Made by a program: the position numbers and the translations under genes. Positions 7,431-16,800 of a DNA stretch of 36,732 nucleotides are shown here, in pieces (within the stretch, counting starts at the first letter, position 1; each line of letters opens with the position of its first letter). Origin of the DNA: a virus; IMG/VR virus record IMGVR_UViG_3300029922_000179. One strand, written 5' to 3'. The notes beneath the pieces are model-generated. The model searched no databases, was not told where the DNA came from, and worked only from the letters and a program-made list of their open reading frames with translations.

Positions 7431-8546
7431 TTATCGAATTTCTATAATTGAAACTGTACCGCCGTAGCTATATACAAATGATGCTCCGGGCAGCGCTATG
7501 GCCGTAACTTGACCATTCGTAGAAGTCGTAATGGTGGACGACCCAATTAATACTCCATTAACCGAAATTGAATACGTCTGCGGCGATGCAACGGCAAATA
7601 TGGAGAGAAAAATAGGTTTTCCTGTCGTGTTGTAATAAGTAGTGCCGTTTACGCGCGACACTGTTTGCACGGTTTGCCCAAATCCAAGCGACTGCATCGC
7701 AGCCAATGCTTGTCCTCCGATGCCCTGAACGGTTGTTGGCGCTGTTGCCCAAGTACCTGCCGTCGTCTCCGTAATGTCGCAGAAACCACCGACCCTAAAT
7801 GAGGAATTGGTCACAGGAGAAGTTGTATATACCACATTATTAGAAGTTGCCCCAGCACTGATTGCCGTTGAGCTAATCAGTGTAGTTTCGTCTAGATTAT
7901 TTCCGCCAGAGAGATTTATTACTCCAAGAACTGGGGTTCCAGCATTGTACAAAACCAAAAAAATTAGTCTGGCTTGAGTCGCGGAAACTGTTCCCAGAGT
8001 GGCACCAGATGGGATAACTAGGCTTAGGGCAGTACCTATCGTCACTGTATTTGGAATGCCGTTCGTTAGAGTCGCAGAGCGAAAATCTAAAGTCGTAGGA
8101 TTGAGGCCGATAGTCAGCGCATTAGATGCCACAGTAGCCGTAACCGGCTGAATTTTTGATGATTGCGACAAGATAGGCGTGGCGATAATAAAACTCACGC
8201 CATCGTAGATTAGCAATGCAGCTAAGGATGTTGTTACAATCCCCGGCCCTTTTGTGCCATCAGGATTGTATTGATTCAATGTTTGGGCGGCCAAACCAGA
8301 AACCGATATAGTGTTACTCCCGGTAGTCCCGGGGGCATTAAACACGACATAAAAGGTCTGCCCTGCGACATAAGAAGTAATTGGTGTGGCAGGCGTCAAA
8401 GTATAGTTCGGCGAAGTACCAGTTGTAGACAATCCTATCTGAGATGTTGCTATGGCTGTAGCAAGGGCGACATTTTGCACCATATGTTGATCCAGAAGAG
8501 CCATTGGCACTGGAGATGTCTGATTTGCCCAAATAATATCGGCCAT
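7431..8546 (-). CDS. Tail fibre / receptor-binding protein
   Basis: 371 aa, Thr/Ser/Gly/Asn-rich with beta-type composition. Sits at the distal end of the structural module. Confidence 0.5.
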   Translation of the reverse strand: MADIIWANQTSPVPMALLDQHMVQNVALATAIATSQIGLSTTGTSPNYTLTPATPITSYVAGQTFYVVFNAPGTTGSNTISVSGLAAQTLNQYNPDGTKGPGIVTTSLAALLIYDGVSFIIATPILSQSSKIQPVTATVASNALTIGLNPTTLDFRSATLTNGIPNTVTIGTALSLVIPSGATLGTVSATQARLIFLVLYNAGTPVLGVINLSGGNNLDETTLISSTAISAGATSNNVVYTTSPVTNSSFRVGGFCDITETTAGTWATAPTTVQGIGGQALAAMQSLGFGQTVQTVSRVNGTTYYNTTGKPIFLSIFAVASPQTYSISVNGVLIGSSTITTSTNGQVTAIALPGASFVYSYGGTVSIIEIR

Positions 8547-8555
8547 GATTTTCCT

Positions 8556-9227
8556 CTAGGAATATTCGTAAATAATGCAAACTCCAGGCGCGCCAGCGCC
8601 ACCGGTAGTAGCCGATTGTGACGCGCCATTTACCGATCCACCGCCACCAGCTCCATACCCTGTCGCAGCAGTGCCTCCTGCATTCAATCCCCATGCACCG
8701 CCAGCGCCAACCGGCGATCCCGCACCCGCTCCGCCAGTTGATGCTGCCAGCACCTGGAGTGCTGGAAATCCCGGCCAGCCGCCCATGTTAAGGATAGTTG
8801 CACCAGTGGCTATTGAACCGCCTGCGCCGCCAGAAGTCGAAACGCCCGTAGAAGAAGCCACCGACACGCTGGATACACCGCCTGCACCTCCTGGTGCAGT
8901 GAGACTCGCCCCAAATGCAGATTGCCCTCCATTGCCGCCAGTTGCGCCAGAGACGCCAGTACCGGCAGCGCCGATAGTCACAGAGGTAGTGATAGCAGAT
9001 GCGATCTTAGAAATGCAATAAGCACCACTACCACCACCGCCACCACCGGAACCTTGCAGCGCAGCGGTAGAGGGAGATCCGCCGCCAGCACCACCACCAC
9101 CAATTAAGTAGACAATGGTGCTTTTGGCGCCAGTAGTGGGCGTATAAGTACCCGTCGCAGTAATGATCTGGACATTGAGCAATGTGCCTGACGGCGTAGC
9201 GCCAGAAGAAGCGACCGCTTTTAGCAT
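8556..9227 (-). CDS. Glycine-rich-domain tail fibre-like protein
   Basis: IGGGGAGGGSPSTAALQGSGGGGGGSGAY...IGAAGTGVSGATGGNGGQSAFG...APGGAGG is the pattern typical of phage glycine-rich fibre domains. AAGGAG SD. Confidence 0.55.
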   Translation of the reverse strand: MLKAVASSGATPSGTLLNVQIITATGTYTPTTGAKSTIVYLIGGGGAGGGSPSTAALQGSGGGGGGSGAYCISKIASAITTSVTIGAAGTGVSGATGGNGGQSAFGASLTAPGGAGGVSSVSVASSTGVSTSGGAGGSIATGATILNMGGWPGFPALQVLAASTGGAGAGSPVGAGGAWGLNAGGTAATGYGAGGGGSVNGASQSATTGGAGAPGVCIIYEYS

Positions 9228-9228
9228 G

Positions 9229-9588
9229 TCAGACTCCTTCGCCCGGCGTAACCGTGATCGTCGTTGTCAGACCACTTGCGCAGATGGCGCTCCAATAAGA
9301 ACCTGGCGGAGCGGTGATGGTCTCCTTCGAGCCAGCTAGAACAGGATAACCATTTGCCGGTGTTCCGTCCGTTGGGATAACCGCAGCAAGAGTAGGGGAT
9401 GGTGCCGAATTCCCTGGACCCGGAGGAGCGTAGCTAATATATCCGAGACTGGTGCCAATGTTACAAACGACAAAATTGATGTTACCTGGGCCATTCGTAG
9501 GTGCATCTATCTGCACAGCAGAGTGCGCGGTAGATGTAACAGCCAAGGCTACGGTGTTGCCTTGGATGGCAAATGCGTTACTGCTCAT
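9229..9588 (-). CDS. Virion-associated hypothetical protein (119 aa)
   Basis: ORF track. Packed in the late operon. Confidence 0.5.
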   Translation of the reverse strand: MSSNAFAIQGNTVALAVTSTAHSAVQIDAPTNGPGNINFVVCNIGTSLGYISYAPPGPGNSAPSPTLAAVIPTDGTPANGYPVLAGSKETITAPPGSYWSAICASGLTTTITVTPGEGV

Positions 9589-9592
9589 GGCA

Positions 9593-9799
9593 TTACCCGC
9601 CCTTCTTTTTCGTACTCACATCGCGCGCCGATTCGGTCGCGTTCACTTTCCCAGTGTCTCCAAAATTATGCTGAGAAGTAAAGGGACGCGGCGTACCTGG
9701 ATTCCACTGATAACGGGGATCGGGCCAGCTCCAACCTTTGGTAGTTTGCTCGTGGCCGAGCACAGGGGTGGACATGTTTTTCTTTGGGAAGTTACTCAT
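9593..9799 (-). CDS. Hypothetical small protein (68 aa)
   Basis: ATG at 9799 lies 7 nt after AAGGAG. The ORF-track start at 9826 has no SD. Confidence 0.45.
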   Translation of the reverse strand: MSNFPKKNMSTPVLGHEQTTKGWSWPDPRYQWNPGTPRPFTSQHNFGDTGKVNATESARDVSTKKKGG

Positions 9800-10049
9800 T
9801 TTGTGCTCCTTCAGGGGCGACGACAATACGGTCTGATTTCAATTTTGAATCCATCCGAATCACTGGAATGAAGACCAGTAAAGCGAAAATAGTGGCGCAG
9901 GCGATACGCTCATGTGTCGGCCAGTACATCGCCCACGCAAACAACGAAAAAGTCAGCGCCAGCGCAAGCAGCAACACGATACGTGCAGACAAAACGCGTA
10001 GTCCAATCGATACGTACAACAACATCACTTGAATTTGTTTCTGATCCAT
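9792..10049 (-). CDS. Small membrane protein (85 aa, 3 hydrophobic helices)
   Basis: ATG at 10049 lies 6 nt after GAGGAG. The ORF-track start at 10097 would overlap the upstream gene. Confidence 0.5.
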   Translation of the reverse strand: MDQKQIQVMLLYVSIGLRVLSARIVLLLALALTFSLFAWAMYWPTHERIACATIFALLVFIPVIRMDSKLKSDRIVVAPEGAQNE

Positions 10050-10059
10050 GTTTTTCTCC

Positions 10060-10284
10060 TCATTTTTCGTCGTTGAAACCACCGCCCCAACCTTCATCGT
10101 TGAGCTTCGATTTAATCGCCTCCCATTTTAGAACGCGATCAATAACCTTCATTTTGTCCGTCAATGTCATAATTTCCGTCGTCTTACCTGTCGTAACATC
10201 GCGCTGATTATTCTTCACCGACTTCAGTAAGTCGGCCATCACTGAATCCAGTTCAGAATTGACTTTGGAATCTTTTGCTGCCAT
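10060..10284 (-). CDS. Hypothetical small protein (74 aa)
   Basis: AAGGAG SD. TAATG overlap with the upstream stop. Confidence 0.5.
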   Translation of the reverse strand: MAAKDSKVNSELDSVMADLLKSVKNNQRDVTTGKTTEIMTLTDKMKVIDRVLKWEAIKSKLNDEGWGGGFNDEK

Positions 10285-12482
10285 TACTTTTCTCCTTGCT
10301 GCATGGTCATGAACACGCTTGCACGTTCTAACGCATTCAATCCCTCCTTGATTGTCGCCTCAGAAGGCGAAGAAAGCAATATTTTGGCTTGTTTTGGGTC
10401 CGAAGCGGCCAACAAAAGCAATGTTCTGGTCTTTTCTGCGTTGGCCTGTGTTCCTACATCCATTAATCCCTTGCCGATTCGGCCAGCCGTCTTTAGTCCC
10501 GGTGTATGACTCATAACGCTACTGATGATCGATCCGGCAGTGGTTTTATTGGATTCACCCAGCTTCATTGCCATATCGTAAGTCTCATTGATCTTTTTTA
10601 CATTCTCCATGTCTGATTTCGAGAATAGCCCGGATGCCTCCAAGTCAGGGAGCATCGCCTGACGCGTCAGAGCGGCCTTTGCTGGCGTTTGCGATACTCC
10701 ATGCATGACAACGGCATACTTCAATGCTTGGCGTGCTTCAGGGTCGTTTTTGGTCAAATTGGATAGCTCTGTCAGCCCTTGACGTCGTCCATTCCCAGAA
10801 TCGAGAATCTTACCCAGAGAATCGAACGCGTCAACGGGGTTTCCTTTTGCCGCAGACAATTTACCGACTGCGGTTTTGCCGATGGCATCAGCGACCTTTA
10901 CCGCGCCTCGCTGCATCTCAAAACGGGGTGTCATACCCAGTTCTCTGATGACTTCACCATTCTTTTCCATAAAAGAATTGATTGATGCAGGAGTCAGCTT
11001 TTCATTCTTGGATTTCGAATCCAACTCCTGCCACAGAGCGTCGCCAAGCGATTTACGAACGGCCGGATCATTACCGGAGGCGGCCAGCGCGGCTCTTACC
11101 CGCGTCACTCCTCCAGACAAAATATGGTCGGTCACCTTCTCGGAAGGCATCTCATTATTTCCGGTGAGGGTATCCCTGGCGATAACCTTCCCAATTTCCC
11201 CGCCTTCCTGGCGGCGGAATGCATCAAGAGGCTGAGACAAATCGCGGTATGTTGAAAAATACTGCCCCCACGCCGGGATGGCGGTGCTGGCGTTCCTATC
11301 CAGCATACTCAGCGCATTGTTCAAGTGAATAGCGCGAGTCTGACCTATCGGCTGACCATCGATGCCATTACGAATCATCGATTTTATTTCGTTGCGCACG
11401 TTCTCAAGGCGGTAGGAAGGTATCGCGTCGCCGTGTTGTTCGTCCGATAGTTCATGGATAACGCGCTGATACACGCGCCGTCCCTGTTCGGTATCTCCGC
11501 CAGATTGTTGAAATAGATAATCGTTGACGTCACCGGTAGGAATCGGCGTCGGATTGCTGAGCGCCGCCTGCCGCAATGGCTCCGTTTGCCGAGTCCGTTC
11601 AGAGCGTAAGTTAGCCTCTCTAGTAACGAGTGGCGCGCGCAGCCTGTCCCCTAATTCCTCGGCCGTCGACGCACCGGCACGACCGGCCGCCGCAATACCT
11701 GGAACTTCTTCGGCGCGCTCGATGGTTTTACCGGCCTTGCCTGACAATGCTTCCAGCGTTGAAGGCTTCAGCCCCAGAGAATCTATGGCTTTTTGGATCA
11801 TACCTGCCGCCGTTGCGTCTCCGGTACGCACCGCGTTATACAGTTTTTTACCGGCCCCGACAATACCGGACAACGCCATACTCCCGCCTGCACCTTCAGC
11901 GAATTGTTTTTCTTTCCCGGAGACGATATCACCACCGTCCGTCACCGGCGTCAGCGCGGCAACAGATCCACCACCAACGGCACCAGTACGGAGAGCCTGC
12001 GCTATTTTCTCTATCGGGGACATGTCTTTCAGCGCCTTTGCACCTGTCGCCAATTTTCCAGCCTCTCCGAATGGTATCGCCGTGGCCGCGATGTCTCCAG
12101 CGTACCGTTGCAGCGCAGGTATTTTGTCCATGCGCTCCTTGATATCCTGAGCTGCCTTCGTCGCCGCTTCGTGATCAAGGCCTGGAACATACTGGCGGAT
12201 AGCCTGGGCCATATCGTCAACTGACAAACCCATGGCACCGAGAAAATTCTTGGTGTTGGTAATTTGCTGATCCCGGTCAGTGGAATGCAAAGGCGTCAGA
12301 ATTTGACCCGCCTTCTCACCGATGTAATTGCCTATTTTTTCGGAGGTGCGCGGCCCCGCCGAAACTGCGGAAGAAGGTCCATTTAATTGTGCTAGAACGG
12401 CAGGGTCCGTCACCGGCTTTAATTGCGGAGATGATCCTGCATTCAGTTGCGCAAGAATATTCGGGTCAGTTACTGCATCCAT
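10284..12482 (-). CDS. Large internal-virion / ejection-like protein (732 aa)
   Basis: Size, helical Ala/Gly/Lys-rich composition, and position in a run of three large proteins after the tail genes. Confidence 0.45.
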   Translation of the reverse strand: MDAVTDPNILAQLNAGSSPQLKPVTDPAVLAQLNGPSSAVSAGPRTSEKIGNYIGEKAGQILTPLHSTDRDQQITNTKNFLGAMGLSVDDMAQAIRQYVPGLDHEAATKAAQDIKERMDKIPALQRYAGDIAATAIPFGEAGKLATGAKALKDMSPIEKIAQALRTGAVGGGSVAALTPVTDGGDIVSGKEKQFAEGAGGSMALSGIVGAGKKLYNAVRTGDATAAGMIQKAIDSLGLKPSTLEALSGKAGKTIERAEEVPGIAAAGRAGASTAEELGDRLRAPLVTREANLRSERTRQTEPLRQAALSNPTPIPTGDVNDYLFQQSGGDTEQGRRVYQRVIHELSDEQHGDAIPSYRLENVRNEIKSMIRNGIDGQPIGQTRAIHLNNALSMLDRNASTAIPAWGQYFSTYRDLSQPLDAFRRQEGGEIGKVIARDTLTGNNEMPSEKVTDHILSGGVTRVRAALAASGNDPAVRKSLGDALWQELDSKSKNEKLTPASINSFMEKNGEVIRELGMTPRFEMQRGAVKVADAIGKTAVGKLSAAKGNPVDAFDSLGKILDSGNGRRQGLTELSNLTKNDPEARQALKYAVVMHGVSQTPAKAALTRQAMLPDLEASGLFSKSDMENVKKINETYDMAMKLGESNKTTAGSIISSVMSHTPGLKTAGRIGKGLMDVGTQANAEKTRTLLLLAASDPKQAKILLSSPSEATIKEGLNALERASVFMTMQQGEK

Positions 12483-13858
12483 TGGCCGTTCACCTTTTGG
12501 TATGTCACGCCGTTGATGGTTTTACTTTCTGCCGCTCCTTGAGCTGCTGACGCTGGATCGGAAGTGCCGTCCATTTTCCCGGCTAATGGACCAGACAATA
12601 CTTTGGCGCCCTGCGAAAGAGCAGACCTAAATTTAGATTTCAAATTTGATACTTCCGTAGAATCCCCTGGCTGCGGCAAATACTGCCGTACAACACGGTC
12701 AAAAGCGGATTGCGTAAGTCGAGCCCCAGACTCCAAGTGTCCGGCCGCCTCGGCATAGACTTGGGCCGCCGTTACCATCATTTGTTCGTCCGGAGTCAAC
12801 TCTCTCTTAATACCGTAACGGCCGACTGCTGAAGCAATACCATCACCGCCGATATGAATGTCTCCAAGCAGCGGCATTTTCTGTCCTTTGGACTGCAATT
12901 CTTCGATTTTCTTATTGGCGATGTTGAGGGATATAGATTGCATGGCAGACCGCTCTTCGCCTAACTTAGCGCCGCGAGTACCGCTGATGAGAGTGTCCTT
13001 CCTCTTCTGCGCCTCCTCCTTCGTCAATACGCCTTGGTCCTCCAATTTTGAAACCTCCGCGAGCTTATATTCTAGCGTCCCCGTCCTCATCGAGGACTGC
13101 TCTTTCCAATGCTCCTGTTCGGCATTATGGAATATCGACGTTTCAGCTAGTGTCGATGCATGTTCGGCGGCACGCTCTTTTCGATCTGCGTCGAATCTAC
13201 CCATCTCATCAACATGGAACTCCGCTTTTTGCTGCAAATTCTCAGACGCCCGAATATTGCTAAAAACATCTTTCAGATTCCCGGACTTGAGATTCAATGC
13301 AGTAAGTTCATCACCATATTGTTTTGATATCAGATCAGCCTGTCTAATCTTCTCGGCTATCGTCGTATTCTTCGCGGCGAAGATGCGATTGTATTCATCA
13401 ATACGCGCCTTGTTTGTGGCCGCAGCCTTGGCGAAATTATTATTGAACTCATCCGTCGCTTTCTTGTATTGTTCTTCATCGCCTTCTTGCAACCCCTTCA
13501 ATGCGCCGGTCATATTGTTTAGCGCAGCAGTCATCGGCGCCTTGGTGCTCTTGCCTGCCAAAGCACCGAGAGCCATGAATACAGAGAATGCCTGAGCCAT
13601 ACTTCCGGCGTCCATCCGCTTAGCTTTGTTCTCTGGCGTGGCGACTAAATCCGGCCCCTTTTCTGACATCGAGGAAATTTCCTTGCTCGAATTTTCAATA
13701 TCTTTGTTGACCGGAGCAAGCGCTTCCGACTTGCGCTTGTTGATGTCATCGATAGAGGCGTTGTAGTCAGTATTAGACTTCATCACCATTCCCATGACAG
13801 GATCTGCCGATATGCTTTTCGGCAGACTGTTGGGACTCAGGATGTCTTGGTCAGCCAT
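12470..13858 (-). CDS. Coiled-coil internal-virion-like protein (462 aa)
   Basis: ORF track. AGGAG SD. Long charged helical segments. Confidence 0.45.
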   Translation of the reverse strand: MADQDILSPNSLPKSISADPVMGMVMKSNTDYNASIDDINKRKSEALAPVNKDIENSSKEISSMSEKGPDLVATPENKAKRMDAGSMAQAFSVFMALGALAGKSTKAPMTAALNNMTGALKGLQEGDEEQYKKATDEFNNNFAKAAATNKARIDEYNRIFAAKNTTIAEKIRQADLISKQYGDELTALNLKSGNLKDVFSNIRASENLQQKAEFHVDEMGRFDADRKERAAEHASTLAETSIFHNAEQEHWKEQSSMRTGTLEYKLAEVSKLEDQGVLTKEEAQKRKDTLISGTRGAKLGEERSAMQSISLNIANKKIEELQSKGQKMPLLGDIHIGGDGIASAVGRYGIKRELTPDEQMMVTAAQVYAEAAGHLESGARLTQSAFDRVVRQYLPQPGDSTEVSNLKSKFRSALSQGAKVLSGPLAGKMDGTSDPASAAQGAAESKTINGVTYQKVNGQWMQ

Positions 13859-13867
13859 GCACTACTC

Positions 13868-15235
13868 CTAGCTGGAAGAATTCGAAGAGCCGGAAGACGA
13901 ATACATTTTCGCAAGCGTTTGCATGAAATTCGTCATCGCTTGTTGGCTCTGTTGATCTGCCGTTGTTGCTGCTGTTACGCCAGCCAATTGCGGACCCTGC
14001 GCAACTCCTGCGGCGGATAGGCCTCCGCTCAGTTCATTATTGAGCGCCTGCTGCATCATCTGATTTTGTTGCACGCCGACCTGTGCCAATGCGCTTGCTT
14101 CCATCGATGAATTACTCAATCCAGCATTGGCATAATACTGCTTTATTTGCGCCTGTTGCTGCTGTCCGTATTGCGCGATGGATTGCTGATCCGCAGTGCT
14201 CAACGTGCCGCTCTGATAGTTCGTCAGTAACTGATTGGACACCGCCGATGCGGGAGCTGCGATAGCGTTCAACTGGTTTTGAGCAGTTGCCCCAGTCGTT
14301 GTCGCCGCAGTTTGCGCCTTTTTCGCCATCAGCAAGCTGGCTATTGGCGTAGCTATTCCGGCCACATCCTTGCCAACGCTTAACGCTGTTTTTCCATAGG
14401 CTCCAAGTTGCTTTAGCGCGCTTGTGATTGACGAATTACTGCCTTGGTTGTCTGCTCCAGAACCTGTTCCTGTACCGTAGGGAGTACCATTTTGAGCGGA
14501 ATCCGTGTCGAGAATGTCATTGGACACCGGAGTTGCTGGCGTCGACGGTAACGTAGCCGCTGATGCAGACTGAGCAGCAGCATTGGATACGTCGGCGGGC
14601 GGATTAGTGATTGTTCCAGTAGCGGCATTTGTAGCAGGGCTTGTATTGGGATTGACCGCGTCCGGAGTTACGCTTGCCGGTGCGGATGCAGAGTCTGCGG
14701 AGGATGGTAATGCGGCACTATCAGAAACAACCTGGGAATCTGCTCCTGATAAATCTGAAAGAGCTGAATTTTCAGAGCCTAAGCCAAGTCCGCTAGCTCC
14801 AGAACCGAAAGTAGGGGTAGAGGAATTAATCCCCATGCTGGAAGCGCTTGCCCCTAAATCAGAGCCTCCGACATTTCCATAAATGTCCGCAGAGGAAGAT
14901 CCCAGATTGGATAACCCTGATGCTCCCTGATAAATATTTCCTACATCCTGTAGATCTCCCAATGTTGACCCAGAGGAAGCGGATGGCATTGCCAGCGTAG
15001 CCCCCTCCGCAGCGCTAGCAGCACCAGCACCTGCGTCAGCAGCCGCCGCTCCAGCTCCAACATCGGCTGCGGCAGCACCGCCAGCCACATCGGCTGCGGC
15101 AGCACCGCCAGCCACATCGGCTGCGGCAGCACCGCCAGCCACATCGGCTGCTCCTGCCGCCCCAGCATCCGCAGCCGCTGCCTCTCCAGCAGTTTTAGCG
15201 CCCTCTTCAGCTCCAACAGATCCAGAAACACCCAT
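13868..15235 (-). CDS. Low-complexity Ala/Ser/Gly/Gln-rich virion protein (455 aa)
   Basis: ORF track. AGGAGA SD. Contains the AADVAGGAA x3 repeat. Confidence 0.5.
   Translation of the reverse strand: MGVSGSVGAEEGAKTAGEAAAADAGAAGAADVAGGAAAADVAGGAAAADVAGGAAAADVGAGAAAADAGAGAASAAEGATLAMPSASSGSTLGDLQDVGNIYQGASGLSNLGSSSADIYGNVGGSDLGASASSMGINSSTPTFGSGASGLGLGSENSALSDLSGADSQVVSDSAALPSSADSASAPASVTPDAVNPNTSPATNAATGTITNPPADVSNAAAQSASAATLPSTPATPVSNDILDTDSAQNGTPYGTGTGSGADNQGSNSSITSALKQLGAYGKTALSVGKDVAGIATPIASLLMAKKAQTAATTTGATAQNQLNAIAAPASAVSNQLLTNYQSGTLSTADQQSIAQYGQQQQAQIKQYYANAGLSNSSMEASALAQVGVQQNQMMQQALNNELSGGLSAAGVAQGPQLAGVTAATTADQQSQQAMTNFMQTLAKMYSSSGSSNSSS
15061..15151. repeat. Perfect 27-nt tandem repeat, about 3.4 copies (catcggctgcggcagcaccgccagcca)
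   Basis: Read directly. Encodes AADVAGGAA repeats in the 13868..15235 product. Confidence 0.85.
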
Positions 15236-15244
15236 GATATTCTC

Positions 15245-15700
15245 CTATAGCAATTTAGAAAACGCCGTTTCCAATACTTCGTAGCCATCGTGCGTCAAAA
15301 TCTTTGACCAATCATTTTCTGGCTTGATGCGCCAAACGATCTGCACGGCGCCAAGCTCTTTTAACCGTTTCTCTGATTCTCTTTTCAGCATTAATCCGGC
15401 GCGCGTCTTCCTAAATTCTTTAGAGACAAACAAAACATCGTTGACGCCCACCAAACTTGTCATGTAATGCATATGATATAGAACACAAAAAACGGAATAC
15501 CCGATGATCTTCCCGTCTTCACGACATGCTATAGCCAGAAGTCTCCCATTAGCCTCCATAGACTCATACCGACTACGATCTGGGGCCAGTGGAATAGCTT
15601 CCTTATTATGCGCTATTTCATTCCAATGCTCGACAAGCAGAGCCTGCATGTCATCCCACATTTGAGCAACGCTCTCTACCGCAACGGTCAAGCTCTTCAT
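15245..15700 (-). CDS. GNAT-family N-acetyltransferase
   Basis: GKIIGYSVF...VNDVLFVSKEFRKTRAGLMLKRESEKRLKELGA resembles the GNAT beta4-alpha3 acetyl-CoA region. Confidence 0.55.
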   Translation of the reverse strand: MKSLTVAVESVAQMWDDMQALLVEHWNEIAHNKEAIPLAPDRSRYESMEANGRLLAIACREDGKIIGYSVFCVLYHMHYMTSLVGVNDVLFVSKEFRKTRAGLMLKRESEKRLKELGAVQIVWRIKPENDWSKILTHDGYEVLETAFSKLL

Positions 15701-16213
15701 TTATAAATCCTTTACGGTGTTGACTCCGCAAATATCGAAACCGCAATGATTGAAAAATTGCGTTGTTCTCGGTATGTTTTTTACGCCGGTTTGACCGACC
15801 ATCATCTTCTTAGCGCCTTTTATCCTGGCCCATTTTTCGAACTCTACCAAAAGACAAATGGCCGCTGCGGAACCTCGCGTGGATTCTCTCACCCACCAAC
15901 CCATATCTTTTGCTATCAGCGCATCACAGAAAAAAGCTTTCGAAACCACCCCTAAAAATCCCCCGAGGACATTTCCATCCCTCACAGCGATCTTGAAAAA
16001 CCGATCCGGTGCTATTCTCCCGCATATGGACAATTGTGCTATCAACTTATCTTCGTCGAACGGCATTTCTGCATACACCGATTCTCGGTGAATTTCCCGT
16101 CCGACTTCGATTGTTTGATCCCTGTAGATCGGATCGTAATCAATCACTGAAATGGACGTGCATCTAGAAGCTATTTCTTCGAACGAGAAACCGTCCTTGA
16201 ATGTCTTTCTCAT
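15701..16213 (-). CDS. GNAT-family N-acetyltransferase (second, divergent copy)
   Basis: [11 protein letters not shown]...[39 protein letters not shown] and ...FFNHCGF. ATGA overlap with the upstream gene. Confidence 0.5.
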   Translation of the reverse strand: MRKTFKDGFSFEEIASRCTSISVIDYDPIYRDQTIEVGREIHRESVYAEMPFDEDKLIAQLSICGRIAPDRFFKIAVRDGNVLGGFLGVVSKAFFCDALIAKDMGWWVRESTRGSAAAICLLVEFEKWARIKGAKKMMVGQTGVKNIPRTTQFFNHCGFDICGVNTVKDL

Positions 16214-16788
16214 GTGTATATCCCTAACGCTTGGTTTATTTCATCATGAGCATACGCGTGTAACTGCATCCAATCAAGATACTCGCCTTCGTCGTTCAAA
16301 TTCACGTCGGCCAAATTGGCTAGATCGTTCTGACCGATGACTGCTGCAATCTGCAAATGGATCGTGTAGTGATCCAAAAGCCACTCCGGGTTCTTTTTAG
16401 GGTCTTCTGACAACGGTATTCCAGACAGAACGGTTGCCGGGTTGACCACAGTCACCGTAGCCTGGGCGCCAGAACCACCACCCCCATAAAATGAGACGGC
16501 AGGCGGACTATTATAACCAGAGCCCGCCGCAGTAACGGCAATCGACGTTACCGAGCCATTTTTCACGCTGGCACTGGCTGCCGCCCCAGTACCGCCACCA
16601 CCGGTAATCGACACGGTAGGGGCGCTAGTATAGCCGCTTCCGCCGCTGAGGATAGTAAAGGCTTGAATTGAACCACTTCTCGATAAATATTCCATGATCT
16701 GTTGATGTGCTATTTCATGGCCGCCCAAAAAATCAGCAAAAGCTTCATTATCATGAAATTGAGCAAATGCTAGCGCATCCAGGATCAT
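16210..16788 (-). CDS. Virion protein with two G-x-G-Y-x-S-x-P-x-V...GGGG Ig-like repeat modules
   Basis: [28 protein letters not shown]...[28 protein letters not shown]. Confidence 0.55.
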   Translation of the reverse strand: MILDALAFAQFHDNEAFADFLGGHEIAHQQIMEYLSRSGSIQAFTILSGGSGYTSAPTVSITGGGGTGAAASASVKNGSVTSIAVTAAGSGYNSPPAVSFYGGGGSGAQATVTVVNPATVLSGIPLSEDPKKNPEWLLDHYTIHLQIAAVIGQNDLANLADVNLNDEGEYLDWMQLHAYAHDEINQALGIYT

Positions 16789-16800
16789 GCCAACCTCTGA

